A stretch of 64,000 nt of DNA, taken from positions 64,001 to 128,000 of the IMG/VR virus record IMGVR_UViG_3300027896_000014; one strand, written 5' to 3'. Both the position numbers and the translations under genes were made by a program. The notes beneath the pieces were generated by a model that was given only the letters and a program-made list of their open reading frames with translations, made no database searches and was not told where the DNA came from. The stretch comes from a virus. Shown here piece by piece: positions 17,872 through 28,426 of this stretch; position 1 is the first letter of the stretch; each line of letters opens with the position of its first letter.

Positions 17872-19958
17872 TACCGTTCTCCACCAGAAAGATCGAGCGA
17901 AGACCGTTCCCGCTGTATTGCTCCAGGCATCGTGGGTTCAGTCGTTCCTAACCCAAGACCAGGAGGCAATATCTTTCTTGTTTCGGTTGGGACATTGCCT
18001 TTCCTATTTAGTAAATCTACATTTGCATGTGTTCCCGCTATAGCGGCAGATTTTATGGCATTGGTAAGAATATCCTTAATCAGAGGAGATTTTTGAATTC
18101 CCGTTGTCATATATCTGAATCCAGAAGGAGAAGTCATAAATTTAGCAACGGCATAAGGACCTCCAAACAAAAAAACAACCCCCATTGCCGTAGAAGCAGG
18201 ACGGTTCTTCCATGCTCCATAACTGACCAGCCCTCCTCCGGTAATTATTTGGATCGTATGAAGTGTTTGAGCTGTGCCGGATGGATTCCCTGCTATCTTC
18301 TCAGCCATTCCAATATGTCGAGATAACTTTCTAAAGTCATCAATCATTTTAAATTCTTTTTCATTAAATAAAGTTTTTAGGTATTTATCCCCAAATTTGT
18401 CTAACTCTATTCCCGTGGATGGGGCATCAAGAATTTTTACGATACCCGCCGGTGTTGTTAAATTTCTTTGGTGGCGGCTAAATAAATCAGTCAACCAAGC
18501 CTGCTTAACGCTCTGGAGTGTCGATTCCGGCAATACCTTTTTGATGTCTTGTAATTCCGTAAGATTGCCCTTTGATATGATGTTTAAAAAATCCTCATTT
18601 TGAACCGTTGAAATTCTGCTACCTATGGAAGGTTTGCCTAAAGGTGTTTTCCCTTTAAATACCCCGAATATCTCTTCCCTCTGCCATTTCCGTGCATCAT
18701 CAAGTGCAGATTTGGCAAGTGTTCCCGCTTGAGTGGCCGCTAAGTCCATATCTTTATCTATTGCTTTAAGCACTTGAGCAGCAATCCTATTCCCTACATC
18801 CCCAGATATTTCTTTATGGAAAGATAATTTAGATATAGCCCTTCTGATAGACTCAAGCTCAGAGAAATCCATTGTTTTTGCTATGCCCTGGCCTTGTAAT
18901 TTGGCCAGAACATCTATGGGCATTCCTCCATATCTCGTGCCTGCCGTAACATTTGGAATCGGGCTAATATCTGAGAAAATCTTTTTCAGGACTGACTTTA
19001 TTGGGGCTGGCAAATATTGAAAGTCTTTAGAATTTCTAATTTCATTTACCAACTTGCTGGTGCTGGTTACCGTTGTCGGAGTCCCCGTCGCTTCCTTAGC
19101 GGCAATGTCATAGAGGTTATTTCCAAACTTTTCTATTGGGTCAAATTTTACTGCCATTCCTTCTCTCGCCACCTCACCCATAACGGTCTTGTCAAATGGA
19201 CCTCCAAGACCAGCCAAAACTCTTTCACTATAAGCATTCATGTCTTGAATAGTTTTTGCTGCGGCTTTTTGGGTCACTCCTGCCCCCCCTATTGCCTTAT
19301 CAGCCGCATTAAAAAGTAGAGCCTGTGTCTTATTCCCCGTGATATCTGGAGCAAGAACCGATACGTTCTCTCTCTTCGCCAAATCAATGATTCCTTGCAT
19401 CTCCTTGGTCGTAGCTTTTGCGGTTCCAGGCAAAAGCTTATTAATAAAACTTTGTCCAGCCTCTATTGCCATAGGAGCTGCTTTTTCTACAGGGATAGTT
19501 TTTTCTAAGGTCTTGGCTCCAAAACCAGGAATTATATTTGAAACGCCCTTGTAAACACTTTTGGCAAGAGTAGGGACATTATAAGTTGCCCAATCCAATG
19601 CTTCTTTCCCTACGGCGGGTGTCAATTTACCTCCCGTTTTCAATAATCCAAGAGTTCCCCCGGTCAAAACATTTTGTGCTGTTTCTACTGGATTAAATAA
19701 ATATCCTTGAGGAAACCCTGGAGGTTCAAGACCAGGTTCCTTCTTTGGCCCCTCTACCGGAGGAGGAGTGATATATTGTTTCTCTTTGACTCCTAATTTT
19801 CCAAGGAGACCGAAAATACCACCAGCGGGTTCCTCTCCAACCTGAATAGGTGCTTCGGTGGCGGATGTTTTCTTCTCCTCTATCGCTCCACCGGATTTAA
19901 TATGCTGAGATATCTCGTCCTCAGAAAATCCCGCTTGTCTTAGCTGTTCAGCATTCAT
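17871..19958 (-). CDS. putative DNA ejection/transfer protein
   Basis: 695 aa, helical; NPSGTA motif followed by hydrophobic helices; podoviral position. Confidence 0.7.
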   Translation of the reverse strand: MNAEQLRQAGFSEDEISQHIKSGGAIEEKKTSATEAPIQVGEEPAGGIFGLLGKLGVKEKQYITPPPVEGPKKEPGLEPPGFPQGYLFNPVETAQNVLTGGTLGLLKTGGKLTPAVGKEALDWATYNVPTLAKSVYKGVSNIIPGFGAKTLEKTIPVEKAAPMAIEAGQSFINKLLPGTAKATTKEMQGIIDLAKRENVSVLAPDITGNKTQALLFNAADKAIGGAGVTQKAAAKTIQDMNAYSERVLAGLGGPFDKTVMGEVAREGMAVKFDPIEKFGNNLYDIAAKEATGTPTTVTSTSKLVNEIRNSKDFQYLPAPIKSVLKKIFSDISPIPNVTAGTRYGGMPIDVLAKLQGQGIAKTMDFSELESIRRAISKLSFHKEISGDVGNRIAAQVLKAIDKDMDLAATQAGTLAKSALDDARKWQREEIFGVFKGKTPLGKPSIGSRISTVQNEDFLNIISKGNLTELQDIKKVLPESTLQSVKQAWLTDLFSRHQRNLTTPAGIVKILDAPSTGIELDKFGDKYLKTLFNEKEFKMIDDFRKLSRHIGMAEKIAGNPSGTAQTLHTIQIITGGGLVSYGAWKNRPASTAMGVVFLFGGPYAVAKFMTSPSGFRYMTTGIQKSPLIKDILTNAIKSAAIAGTHANVDLLNRKGNVPTETRKILPPGLGLGTTEPTMPGAIQRERSSLDLSGGER

Positions 19959-19961
19959 TTT

Positions 19962-22832
19962 TTACCCTCCAGTCCTTTTCAGATACTGCTGGATGGTTTC
20001 TCCGGGTAAACGTGACGCAACTTCTCCCGCCTGCCCTTGCTCTCCCACTGGATCAATTTTGTTCGCATCAATTCCAATGCCTTTGAGAATTTCACGGGAT
20101 TTTTGGGATAAAAGTCTAAAATCTTTTGGCTTTCCCATTCCTGTCTCATATTGTGACTGTAAGGCTCCCAATCTTGATCCCATAAGTTCAATCGAACCGT
20201 CAATAAAAGCCTTCCACATTGTAGGAGTTGCAGTCGAGGGGTCGGTAATGGTATCGGCCCACGCCTTTATTGCCGGATCTGTAGCTCCACTTCTTTTGAA
20301 TATACCTGCCATTTCATCCTTAACTGCATTAAACTTTGTCTTCACACCCGCCACTGTTCCTTGTCTTGCAACCAATCCAGGGGTTACAGGAAAATATTTA
20401 GCCAATAAATTTACTGCAGCATTGCCTGTTACCCAATTACTATTGGCAAGATCTTTCTGGGCATTAACTAAAGAATTAATATGTCCAACCGCAGTATTTA
20501 GGCCCAATATATTTTTTGCAGCAGTCCCAGAAGTAAAATCAATCCTCAATCTCTGACGGACCGGATATTGAGTAGAATCGAAACTTGGATCATACAAGGC
20601 CGCCCTTGCAATAATATTTTTCCATTGTGGCGACCGTAAGGCGAACGAACTTGGATATGGGATTTTATAATCCACTAAATTTTTAATCACTGCTGCATCA
20701 CTGGAGCTAAGCCCTTCCAATGCTGCTTCATTCCTTTGTCCGGGAAGACCAGGCGGAATTTCTCCAATTTCTGGTACTGCTACTCCTCCGCTTTGAATAT
20801 CTATCTTCCTTTTTTTCTCGGCATCCAGTGTTCTCTGCGCCACAATGGCCTCCGCAGTTGGTTTTCCATCCGGCCCCTTCTCTCCAGCTTTTGCAATAAG
20901 ACCTAATTCGGTAGGAGATGGAACTGGCCTTTCTGCTCTCTTTATTTCTGCTTGTTTGTCTAAAATTTCCTGATAGGTAGGTCTTCTATCAATCCCCTGC
21001 CTTTTAAGATCTTCCACGACTGCTCCTTTTGCTAATTCAAATTCGGTTGGAGATACCGCTCTTCCTTGACCTCTAGCCTCAACCGCAGCAACTCTCTCTT
21101 CTGATCCAAAGATTTTTTCTGGTATTCCCGCACTAATCCCGGTTAGGCGTGCTAACTGTTCCGTGAGCATTGGAATGTTTTTTAATGCCTCATCTCGCTG
21201 TATCCTTGCTGTCTTGGGGTTCTGAGACAACCCAAACCCCTGGGCTATATTTTTGTATTGGTCAAGCGATTTCTGGATTGCATCTATCGAAGGTTTAGTC
21301 TCTTCTCTGGCAACATCCATGATGCGCTCTTCAGGATGGACATCGTAGTAGGTTGGTTTTGGACCCAATGAAGCCAGAGCTTGCTCTCGTCTGGTTTTTG
21401 CCCCCCCCTCTAACGTTGGCCTTAATGTCTCCAATGCCTCTTCCTGGGTAGGACGAACCCATCCTTTAGGAGTTGTAATTCCACCTTGACCTTCTGCACC
21501 GCGTATGGAATAACGGGTTTCTCCAGAGGGAAGAACTTCTTTATTAATATCAGAAAGATTTCCCGATATACCGCCCTCTACCGGTTTGGTGGGTTCAGTC
21601 CCTGCGATCGGTGTCTGTTCCACCTTTTGAGCCTTGGGAACAGTCACAGTTGGCACACGAGAAGAAGCAAGAGATTCTATCGGAAACGCTGTTTTTAGCA
21701 GTTCCGCACGTCTTTTGCGCTCCTCTTCCGAAAGACCTTCAAGAGGATCAGGAGAAACTGCTCCTCCCTCTTGCCTTGACAATAGTGGTGTCATGCCAGG
21801 AGCCCCCGATGCCGCTTTTAAACGCTCGTATAAATCTGGCTCCTGAGCAATTCCATACTTCTTATTGTAAGCAGCCAACTGATCGGAACGAAACACGGGG
21901 GATCTCGTATTCTCCCTAAATGGAGGAGGATTTAATCCCTCCGTAACAGCAGGGGGTGGCGGAGGTGGTGGCGTTGCCGTATCGGTATCCGCCTGATCCG
22001 CATTACGCTGAGGAGCGTATGAGGCTAAAGAAAGTGTGGATGTCAGTGGTAGAGGCTTCGGTTCTAACGACTCCAAATTAGAAACCCATGGCGAGACATG
22101 GATAGGAGTAGACTTTAATAATGATGTGTTACGTCCCGCTTCAATTCCTTGTTGGGTGGAAGCTCCCAAATTTTCATAAGAGGTCTCTTTAAAAAGGCTT
22201 GGATTAACTTCTCCACCCTCTTGCTTCGGGACAAGTGGAATTGTTGATCCAGCTTCCGTAGGGGTTGTCGTTAATGTTTGCTTCCCTTCCGGGGCAAAAG
22301 AACTCAACCCTCCCTCCGATGGGATATATTTACCCCCCTCCCACCTACCAGCTTTCATTCCGGGTCTATAGTATATTGATTGATCGCTGAAAGACGGGTG
22401 CCCTGGTAACTTATAGGTATCTGGTAAATGTTCCGTTATACTCCTATGCCCTTTTAGCCAAGCTCCTCGGGTGTCATAAAAGTGTCTCGGATCATCTGGG
22501 TTTGGATTAAGTCCCATATTCTTTGCACGCTCTGCATACCATCCCTGGAAATTCTGCTCCATTTCAGGTGTAAACAAAGATTTCCAGTCCGGGGGTTGCC
22601 CTCCAGGGCTTACTTCTCCCCCGTCTTGTCTTGATTCCAACGGTATGACATTACCTTTTTTTGCAGGGAAGTATACTCCAGGGGCCGTCACTACTTCCGG
22701 CGCCCTCTCGGCTATCGTATAACCATGTGTCGGCTTCTGCACTTTCGGAGATCTTGGCTCCTTCAGGATATCCGAGAGGATATCAACCAGCCTCACATTC
22801 GTCCGTTTGTGCCAATCCTGTGATAGTTCCAT
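19962..22832 (-). CDS. putative ejection / internal virion protein
   Basis: 956 aa; repeated RQ[DE]GG[EA]V; NPDDPRHFYD...HLPDTYKLPGHPSFS domain; position. Confidence 0.65.
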   Translation of the reverse strand: MELSQDWHKRTNVRLVDILSDILKEPRSPKVQKPTHGYTIAERAPEVVTAPGVYFPAKKGNVIPLESRQDGGEVSPGGQPPDWKSLFTPEMEQNFQGWYAERAKNMGLNPNPDDPRHFYDTRGAWLKGHRSITEHLPDTYKLPGHPSFSDQSIYYRPGMKAGRWEGGKYIPSEGGLSSFAPEGKQTLTTTPTEAGSTIPLVPKQEGGEVNPSLFKETSYENLGASTQQGIEAGRNTSLLKSTPIHVSPWVSNLESLEPKPLPLTSTLSLASYAPQRNADQADTDTATPPPPPPPAVTEGLNPPPFRENTRSPVFRSDQLAAYNKKYGIAQEPDLYERLKAASGAPGMTPLLSRQEGGAVSPDPLEGLSEEERKRRAELLKTAFPIESLASSRVPTVTVPKAQKVEQTPIAGTEPTKPVEGGISGNLSDINKEVLPSGETRYSIRGAEGQGGITTPKGWVRPTQEEALETLRPTLEGGAKTRREQALASLGPKPTYYDVHPEERIMDVAREETKPSIDAIQKSLDQYKNIAQGFGLSQNPKTARIQRDEALKNIPMLTEQLARLTGISAGIPEKIFGSEERVAAVEARGQGRAVSPTEFELAKGAVVEDLKRQGIDRRPTYQEILDKQAEIKRAERPVPSPTELGLIAKAGEKGPDGKPTAEAIVAQRTLDAEKKRKIDIQSGGVAVPEIGEIPPGLPGQRNEAALEGLSSSDAAVIKNLVDYKIPYPSSFALRSPQWKNIIARAALYDPSFDSTQYPVRQRLRIDFTSGTAAKNILGLNTAVGHINSLVNAQKDLANSNWVTGNAAVNLLAKYFPVTPGLVARQGTVAGVKTKFNAVKDEMAGIFKRSGATDPAIKAWADTITDPSTATPTMWKAFIDGSIELMGSRLGALQSQYETGMGKPKDFRLLSQKSREILKGIGIDANKIDPVGEQGQAGEVASRLPGETIQQYLKRTGG

Positions 22833-22849
22833 GATTTTCTCCTTTAACC

Positions 22850-24571
22850 CTATGTGCTGGATATGGTCTCAGTCGCACTCGCACTGTCGCTACGGCTCAT
22901 TGATGCAGCCGCATGGATACTCGACAATGCACCGGCCACTTCTTGGGCAACGATGGCTCCCATAGCCTTGACAACCTCAATCCTTAATCCGGTGAGAGCT
23001 TCGTACTCGTTGATCTGGATTTCAGCATTTTTTTGATAGAGCCCTGCCCTCGAAATGGCAAGATTCGTTTGCGTCTTCAAGATCTCAATCGCAACGCTAC
23101 TTAATGCCTGATATGCCTGAATATTAGCCCTGTATGCATCAACTTCCGCATTAAAGGTCTTAACCAAGGCATCAATTCTGGCCGATTCTGCCTCAACCCC
23201 TACTCTAAACGCCGTTACTTCAGCCACATATGAATCCACAAGGGTTCTGGCTTCAGCTATCTTTACGTTTGAAACGGCTTGATACACTTTTATGGGAGCG
23301 TCTACCCTCGCTATCTCTGCATCGACCCCTACTCTGTACGCTCCCACCTCAGCTACGTATGTATCCACAAGGGTTCTGGCTTCAGCTATCTTTACGTTTG
23401 AAACGGCTTGATACACTTTTATGGGAGCGTCTACCCTCGCTATCTCTGCATCGACCCCTACTCTGTACGCTCCCACCTCAGCTGTATAAATATCGACAGA
23501 ATTCTTTGCTTCAGCTATCTTCACGTTTGAAACCACTTGATAAATATCGGTCATAATTCGATATTTTCCGATTTCAATATTATAAACTTGAATTTTGGCC
23601 TCAACGGTCGCTCTCGAGGCCTCAAAAAGTCTCTGCTGAGTCGTTTGAAGGAAGTTCATCAAAATGCTTTCGAGTTGGGTAGCCTGAGCGATTGCTGACT
23701 GCCGAACCTGGATGGCAAGGTTTGACTCTTCAATTGCAATTTGGCCGCTTCTGTCATCATACGCATTTGCATATCTGATGTCCTCAGATTCAACTGCTGC
23801 CGATAAAGCTCCATCCGGCAAAGGTAAACCGCTCTTGGACCACTCGGCACGTTTCTGGGCCAACATATCCTGATGGAGCAGTAAATCCCTTGCTCTCGCC
23901 CTATTCCACTTTGCGGTTTCGACAGATGGTCTATCTATGTCCGTCTGGACATCAGCTAATAAACGTGCCTTGAGAGCTGTCAGCAATGGTGATTCATACG
24001 TTACCGCAGCAGGATTGATGGGATCGGTTTGAACAACAAGGCCACTGATGTCTGGAATGGCTAAGCCGCTGAGATCAATGGTTTTAAGATTACCTTTATC
24101 CGGGGGCAATCCAATGTTAAAAGTTATATCAGGAGCAGGCAGATCAAGACTAAAAGTTTGTCTGACCGGAGGCGATCCAAAATTCATCGTGCTGTCAGGA
24201 ACAGACAGATCAAGACTAATGGCTTGTCTGACCGGAGGCGATCCAATGTTCATCGCGCTATCAGGAACAGGCAGATCAAGACTAAAGGTTTGTATGACCG
24301 GAGGCGATCCAATGTTCATTGAGGTATCAGGTTTTGTAGGTGTCGTCTCGGTGAATGGAGTAATGGAATAATCGGCACCCTCAAGCGCGACGTTTGTATC
24401 AATTTGCTTGATTTGACCGGAGATGGTCGCAAGATTATTCAAGAGTCCTTCAGCCAAATTTCTTGCCTGCGTCACATAGTCTCGGGCCAGATCGAATTGT
24501 TTTTCAACCTCGACCATCGCCACTTCATAAATAGGGACACCGCCAACGGTGCCAGGGGTGCCATTAGACAT
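22850..24571 (-). CDS. virion structural/ejection protein with internal repeats
   Basis: 573 aa, coiled-coil-rich, with 22-aa and 43-aa repeats. Confidence 0.65.
   Translation of the reverse strand: MSNGTPGTVGGVPIYEVAMVEVEKQFDLARDYVTQARNLAEGLLNNLATISGQIKQIDTNVALEGADYSITPFTETTPTKPDTSMNIGSPPVIQTFSLDLPVPDSAMNIGSPPVRQAISLDLSVPDSTMNFGSPPVRQTFSLDLPAPDITFNIGLPPDKGNLKTIDLSGLAIPDISGLVVQTDPINPAAVTYESPLLTALKARLLADVQTDIDRPSVETAKWNRARARDLLLHQDMLAQKRAEWSKSGLPLPDGALSAAVESEDIRYANAYDDRSGQIAIEESNLAIQVRQSAIAQATQLESILMNFLQTTQQRLFEASRATVEAKIQVYNIEIGKYRIMTDIYQVVSNVKIAEAKNSVDIYTAEVGAYRVGVDAEIARVDAPIKVYQAVSNVKIAEARTLVDTYVAEVGAYRVGVDAEIARVDAPIKVYQAVSNVKIAEARTLVDSYVAEVTAFRVGVEAESARIDALVKTFNAEVDAYRANIQAYQALSSVAIEILKTQTNLAISRAGLYQKNAEIQINEYEALTGLRIEVVKAMGAIVAQEVAGALSSIHAAASMSRSDSASATETISST
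23234..23483. repeat. 121-bp identical direct repeat, period 129 bp
   Basis: 23234-23354 = 23363-23483. Confidence 0.9.
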
Positions 24572-24581
24572 TGTAGCCTCC

Positions 24582-25082
24582 TTATTTTAAACCCGTATCG
24601 GTTATTGTTTTTATTCCCATATCGGCCTTCATTCCACCTTGCCAATCTGGATTCGCTTCAGACATTCGCTGTACCATAAACATTTCTGATTTCTCCGTTT
24701 TAAACCCACATCCCATCGGTTTTCCTGTAAAAGGCCCAAATTCTTCGCATGAATACATCGTATGATACTTTCCTCCTTCTGAATCAGTACAAGATGGACA
24801 TATAGATTTAAGTGATAATCCACCCTTACGTCCACATTGAGGACAGTCCTTACGAGGGATAATAAATTCCCCAGTCTTTTCGTTCACCATTTCATGAGGT
24901 GCCGGCAATCTGGCCGTTTGCGCAGAATTTATCTGTTTTACGAAAACACCCAAAATCGGTGCGGTTTCATTAAAAAGAATCGTAATATTCTTTTCCTCTG
25001 GCAGTCCCTTAGCCTTTCGGATTTCTTTCGCCGCTTCAATCACAATCTGTCTAATTTGATGATCACAAGCATCAAAAACCAT
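24582..25082 (-). CDS. hypothetical Zn-finger protein
   Basis: CPQC, CPSC and further Cys residues. Confidence 0.65.
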   Translation of the reverse strand: MVFDACDHQIRQIVIEAAKEIRKAKGLPEEKNITILFNETAPILGVFVKQINSAQTARLPAPHEMVNEKTGEFIIPRKDCPQCGRKGGLSLKSICPSCTDSEGGKYHTMYSCEEFGPFTGKPMGCGFKTEKSEMFMVQRMSEANPDWQGGMKADMGIKTITDTGLK

Positions 25083-25093
25083 TTCTTCTTCCT

Positions 25094-27061
25094 TTAAGAA
25101 TAGGGTAATCCAGTTAACGGATTAAGTGGACAGCACCCGTTTTGTTTCATAGCATCCGTCCGTGCATCAACTATTGAACCGCATGGAATTGCACAGTCTG
25201 AACCTGAATTACAACCCCCTCCCTCCGCCCTGCAACCAATCCAAGGGCTACTCCCAGTTCCAGGCTCATCACACAACTTGCACGGACATCCAGAATCACA
25301 TCCCTGACCATCACCAGAATAGAAACAAGTCATCTGTTTTGTTCCACAATCTTGGTTAAAGCTGGAAAGAAGTGTTCCATCACAACTCCACTCTTTTCCG
25401 TTATATATTATTTTACAATAATTTGCATAACCACACTCAGGAACCCATCCAGTGCTTACAGTACATGGTATACATAAGGTCCAATCACCCCACCCAAGAG
25501 CATATGCGGTTGAAGGAGGATAACAATTAATCGCCAAACTTATTGAGGCGCTATTTCCGCAACAATCTGTAACCGTAATGGTCGGGTTATCTACACAATT
25601 TACATTTGTGGCTGGAGCCGTATATATTACCGGATTACCACGTGCGTTTTCTACCGTTAATGTACCTCCCCCACTGGTTATTGCCCATGTATAGGGACCA
25701 CATCCTTGTTCCGCCATTAATTCCTGGCTTGTGCCACACCCCATAAGAAGGGAGGTATATAGAATATACATTCCCGATACTATCCCGCAACATGGGGCAG
25801 CATGAACCGTAGCAACTGTCCCACACCGATCCGTAACGTCGATAGTAATCTCACTGTGACAGTCCGCCTCCGCACAGTTATAATACCCAATTTCAGAAAA
25901 ATTTCCCCCAGTTGTCCACCTTCCAGGACCAATTAGCTCCCACTTATACGGAAGACAGCTTCCGTTAATTTGGGGAAGAACATAAAATCCAACTGGCTTC
26001 ACTGGAGTACACGCCATTGTGAGCAAGTCGTCAAGTGATATTTCAGACGGAACCTCACACATCTTCATGGCTCCGTAATTCATAAAAGGCTGATTAAAAC
26101 AATTTTGAGGAAAAGAACCTGATTCTGATTCCCACCACAATCCAGACATACCTGGTCTATCTGGTTGCTTTATACTTCTTCGACTTATATCCTTTTTACA
26201 GCAATCTACCTTTACAATAGATTCAAACTTACAAAGGTCTCTTCCTTGAAATTGAACGAATGCCTTTAAAAAAAGATATCCTAATCCAGTCCTTGAAAAG
26301 GTGATAGATGTAGGAGGATATACCCCCCACTCTGTATAGGCTTTCCATAGAAAATACGAACCTTGGGAATCTGAACCAAACCTTATAATCTCCGCCTGAC
26401 CAGAATCATATAAACTATAGATAAGATGATTCTTGGGATCAGGGAGTACCGGAGGAACCTTTAATGGAAATCCCTGAAAATAGGGAACAGGCTCGCCCAG
26501 GTAAAGAAGTTTCGTAGCATCGTAGGTATACGGATGGCATATAGGTAAGGCTAATTCATCTGATTTACAAATTGAAAAATCAATAGGGGCACAATCATTG
26601 CAATCCCTTAAATTCAATCTATAATAAGTCTTGATATAGTCAACACCCTCTACCTCAGGTTTCCCATCGGGTGCCGTTATTACCCATCCACCTCCAACTT
26701 TTGTAAACGTTTCTTTTCCGAGAGCGTACCATTTCATTGGTGGAATAGCATCAGGAAGATCAAGGATTGTAATCGAACAGGAAGGGAGTCCTGCCCTACC
26801 TGCATCAATTTCAATAAAGTCCTGACCAAATATTGAACTCACAATGATAGTTGTTCCAGGTACGGGCGAACGTTTGTCTTGAAGCGATTTCAATTTTGGA
26901 ACAGCTATGTTCATCCTGTTTTTCAACTGATAGAGCATATTCTTGGCTTCCCCAACAAACTGTTGGCAATAGGCCGGATCTCCGGTAAGGTTCCACGAGA
27001 CTTCTGCGGAAGGGTATCTGTATCTCCAATCATCTAACTGCGTATCGTCTTTCTTTGCCAT
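25094..27061 (-). CDS. Cys-rich putative tail / receptor-binding protein
   Basis: 655 aa; Ig-like GPYTWAITSGGGTL...YTAP segment; Cys-dense C-terminus. Confidence 0.6.
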   Translation of the reverse strand: MAKKDDTQLDDWRYRYPSAEVSWNLTGDPAYCQQFVGEAKNMLYQLKNRMNIAVPKLKSLQDKRSPVPGTTIIVSSIFGQDFIEIDAGRAGLPSCSITILDLPDAIPPMKWYALGKETFTKVGGGWVITAPDGKPEVEGVDYIKTYYRLNLRDCNDCAPIDFSICKSDELALPICHPYTYDATKLLYLGEPVPYFQGFPLKVPPVLPDPKNHLIYSLYDSGQAEIIRFGSDSQGSYFLWKAYTEWGVYPPTSITFSRTGLGYLFLKAFVQFQGRDLCKFESIVKVDCCKKDISRRSIKQPDRPGMSGLWWESESGSFPQNCFNQPFMNYGAMKMCEVPSEISLDDLLTMACTPVKPVGFYVLPQINGSCLPYKWELIGPGRWTTGGNFSEIGYYNCAEADCHSEITIDVTDRCGTVATVHAAPCCGIVSGMYILYTSLLMGCGTSQELMAEQGCGPYTWAITSGGGTLTVENARGNPVIYTAPATNVNCVDNPTITVTDCCGNSASISLAINCYPPSTAYALGWGDWTLCIPCTVSTGWVPECGYANYCKIIYNGKEWSCDGTLLSSFNQDCGTKQMTCFYSGDGQGCDSGCPCKLCDEPGTGSSPWIGCRAEGGGCNSGSDCAIPCGSIVDARTDAMKQNGCCPLNPLTGLPYS

Positions 27062-27939
27062 TACGATTCCTCTGTCACATTCTTAAGGCGGACCCTTTGA
27101 TAAGCAAAACTTCCCTCTGGCGCTTGATCTGGCATCTTTAAGGAGGTTTTCTCATAAGCAAAATCTCCTTCTTTTCCAGGTTCACCAGGTCTCAATTTTA
27201 AAAATTGATATCCGAATTTCTCTAGAACTTTCGCTTTGACCTGAAATACGCTAATTGCATCAATTCTATGAAGGTGTTGAAGTGCCTGGACGATAAGAAA
27301 ATGGTTTTGAGATAAATCTACTGTCCCCAAAGAATGGCTATGGATTAGATCCTCTACCACCAAAATGAATGAAATAAGAAGAGCAACATTCCCTATCCCG
27401 TGAGCGTGTGCTAAACTATCCACAAGAAGGTTATGAACCTGGGAAAGGCTAACTCCACCCAAGGCGTGTGAATGATTTATGGCTTGGACGACAAGCTGAT
27501 GGATCTGTGTCAGCGTAGGTGCATCGATAGAGTGGGTGTGGGAGAGAACTTGGACAATCAGATTATGGATCTGCGTAAGCGCAATATTATCGATCGTATT
27601 CGCGTGGGCAAGGTTCGCCACCGCAAGGTTATGAACCTGGGAAAGGCTAACTCCACCCAAGGCGTGTGAATGATTTATGGCTTGGACGACAAGCTGATGG
27701 ATCTGAAATAAGGTCAGTCCACCATCAATGGCATGCGCATGGGAAAGAGCCTCCACTACCAAGAGATGAATCTGGGTTAGAACAATATTGTCAATGGCGT
27801 TGGCGTGGCTTAGAGCATCAACCGTAAGATTATGGACCTGCGTGAGCGCAACACCATCAATAGCGTTGGCATGGGCTAAATTGTCCACGGCCAACTGAAA
27901 CTCTCCGCAAATAATAGGAACTATCCAATTAGGAAGCAT
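27061..27939 (-). CDS. His-rich 22-aa repeat fibre-like protein
   Basis: About ten HxLxVxxLxHxHxIxxxxLxQx repeats; probable ATG 27939 overlapping the upstream stop. Confidence 0.7.
   Translation of the reverse strand: MLPNWIVPIICGEFQLAVDNLAHANAIDGVALTQVHNLTVDALSHANAIDNIVLTQIHLLVVEALSHAHAIDGGLTLFQIHQLVVQAINHSHALGGVSLSQVHNLAVANLAHANTIDNIALTQIHNLIVQVLSHTHSIDAPTLTQIHQLVVQAINHSHALGGVSLSQVHNLLVDSLAHAHGIGNVALLISFILVVEDLIHSHSLGTVDLSQNHFLIVQALQHLHRIDAISVFQVKAKVLEKFGYQFLKLRPGEPGKEGDFAYEKTSLKMPDQAPEGSFAYQRVRLKNVTEES
27427..27705. repeat. 81-bp identical direct repeat
   Basis: 27427-27507 = 27625-27705 (198 bp apart, three protein repeats). Confidence 0.9.
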
Positions 27940-28424
27940 CAGATTGGCTCCACATATATCGTAACGGTTCCAGAAGAAATACTTTGTACCAGAGGCCAAA
28001 CCCAGTTCGCCTTGCCGCAGTCAAAAATGTATCGGGCCGAATAATATCGAGTTCCGTCTGTAAGTGCTGAATCTCCAATAAATGTAATTGATTCAGTTAA
28101 GCCAAGGGCAATCGGAGTACCAGCCGCATCATGCATAACCAAGCAGATTTTAGCATTTGCTGAGGCCACCGAGAAGGTCGCATAAACCTCAACTAAACTT
28201 GAATTTCCGAGAGCCTTTGCCGAACCATTTTTGGTATGAACGTCTCCACTATCTGCCGAAGCAACAGCGGATCGGAGGGCAGCACCATAATTGGCCTTCT
28301 TGCTAACCATGTACCCTGCGGGGGAAATATTGGCAGTCGCTGATACCAGATTATTTTGGATTGCCAAAATATCTACCCCAGCATCAGCCGCAAGCGTGTG
28401 AAGTACCTCATCTCCTACTGCCAT
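27939..28424 (-). CDS. putative virion structural protein
   Basis: 161 aa, beta-rich, in the tail operon. Confidence 0.6.
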   Translation of the reverse strand: MAVGDEVLHTLAADAGVDILAIQNNLVSATANISPAGYMVSKKANYGAALRSAVASADSGDVHTKNGSAKALGNSSLVEVYATFSVASANAKICLVMHDAAGTPIALGLTESITFIGDSALTDGTRYYSARYIFDCGKANWVWPLVQSISSGTVTIYVEPI

Positions 28425-28426
28425 AA

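Noticed and set aside
25094-27705. Diversity-generating retroelement acting on tail genes
   Set aside because: No reverse transcriptase seen, and the repeats are identical rather than differing at adenines.
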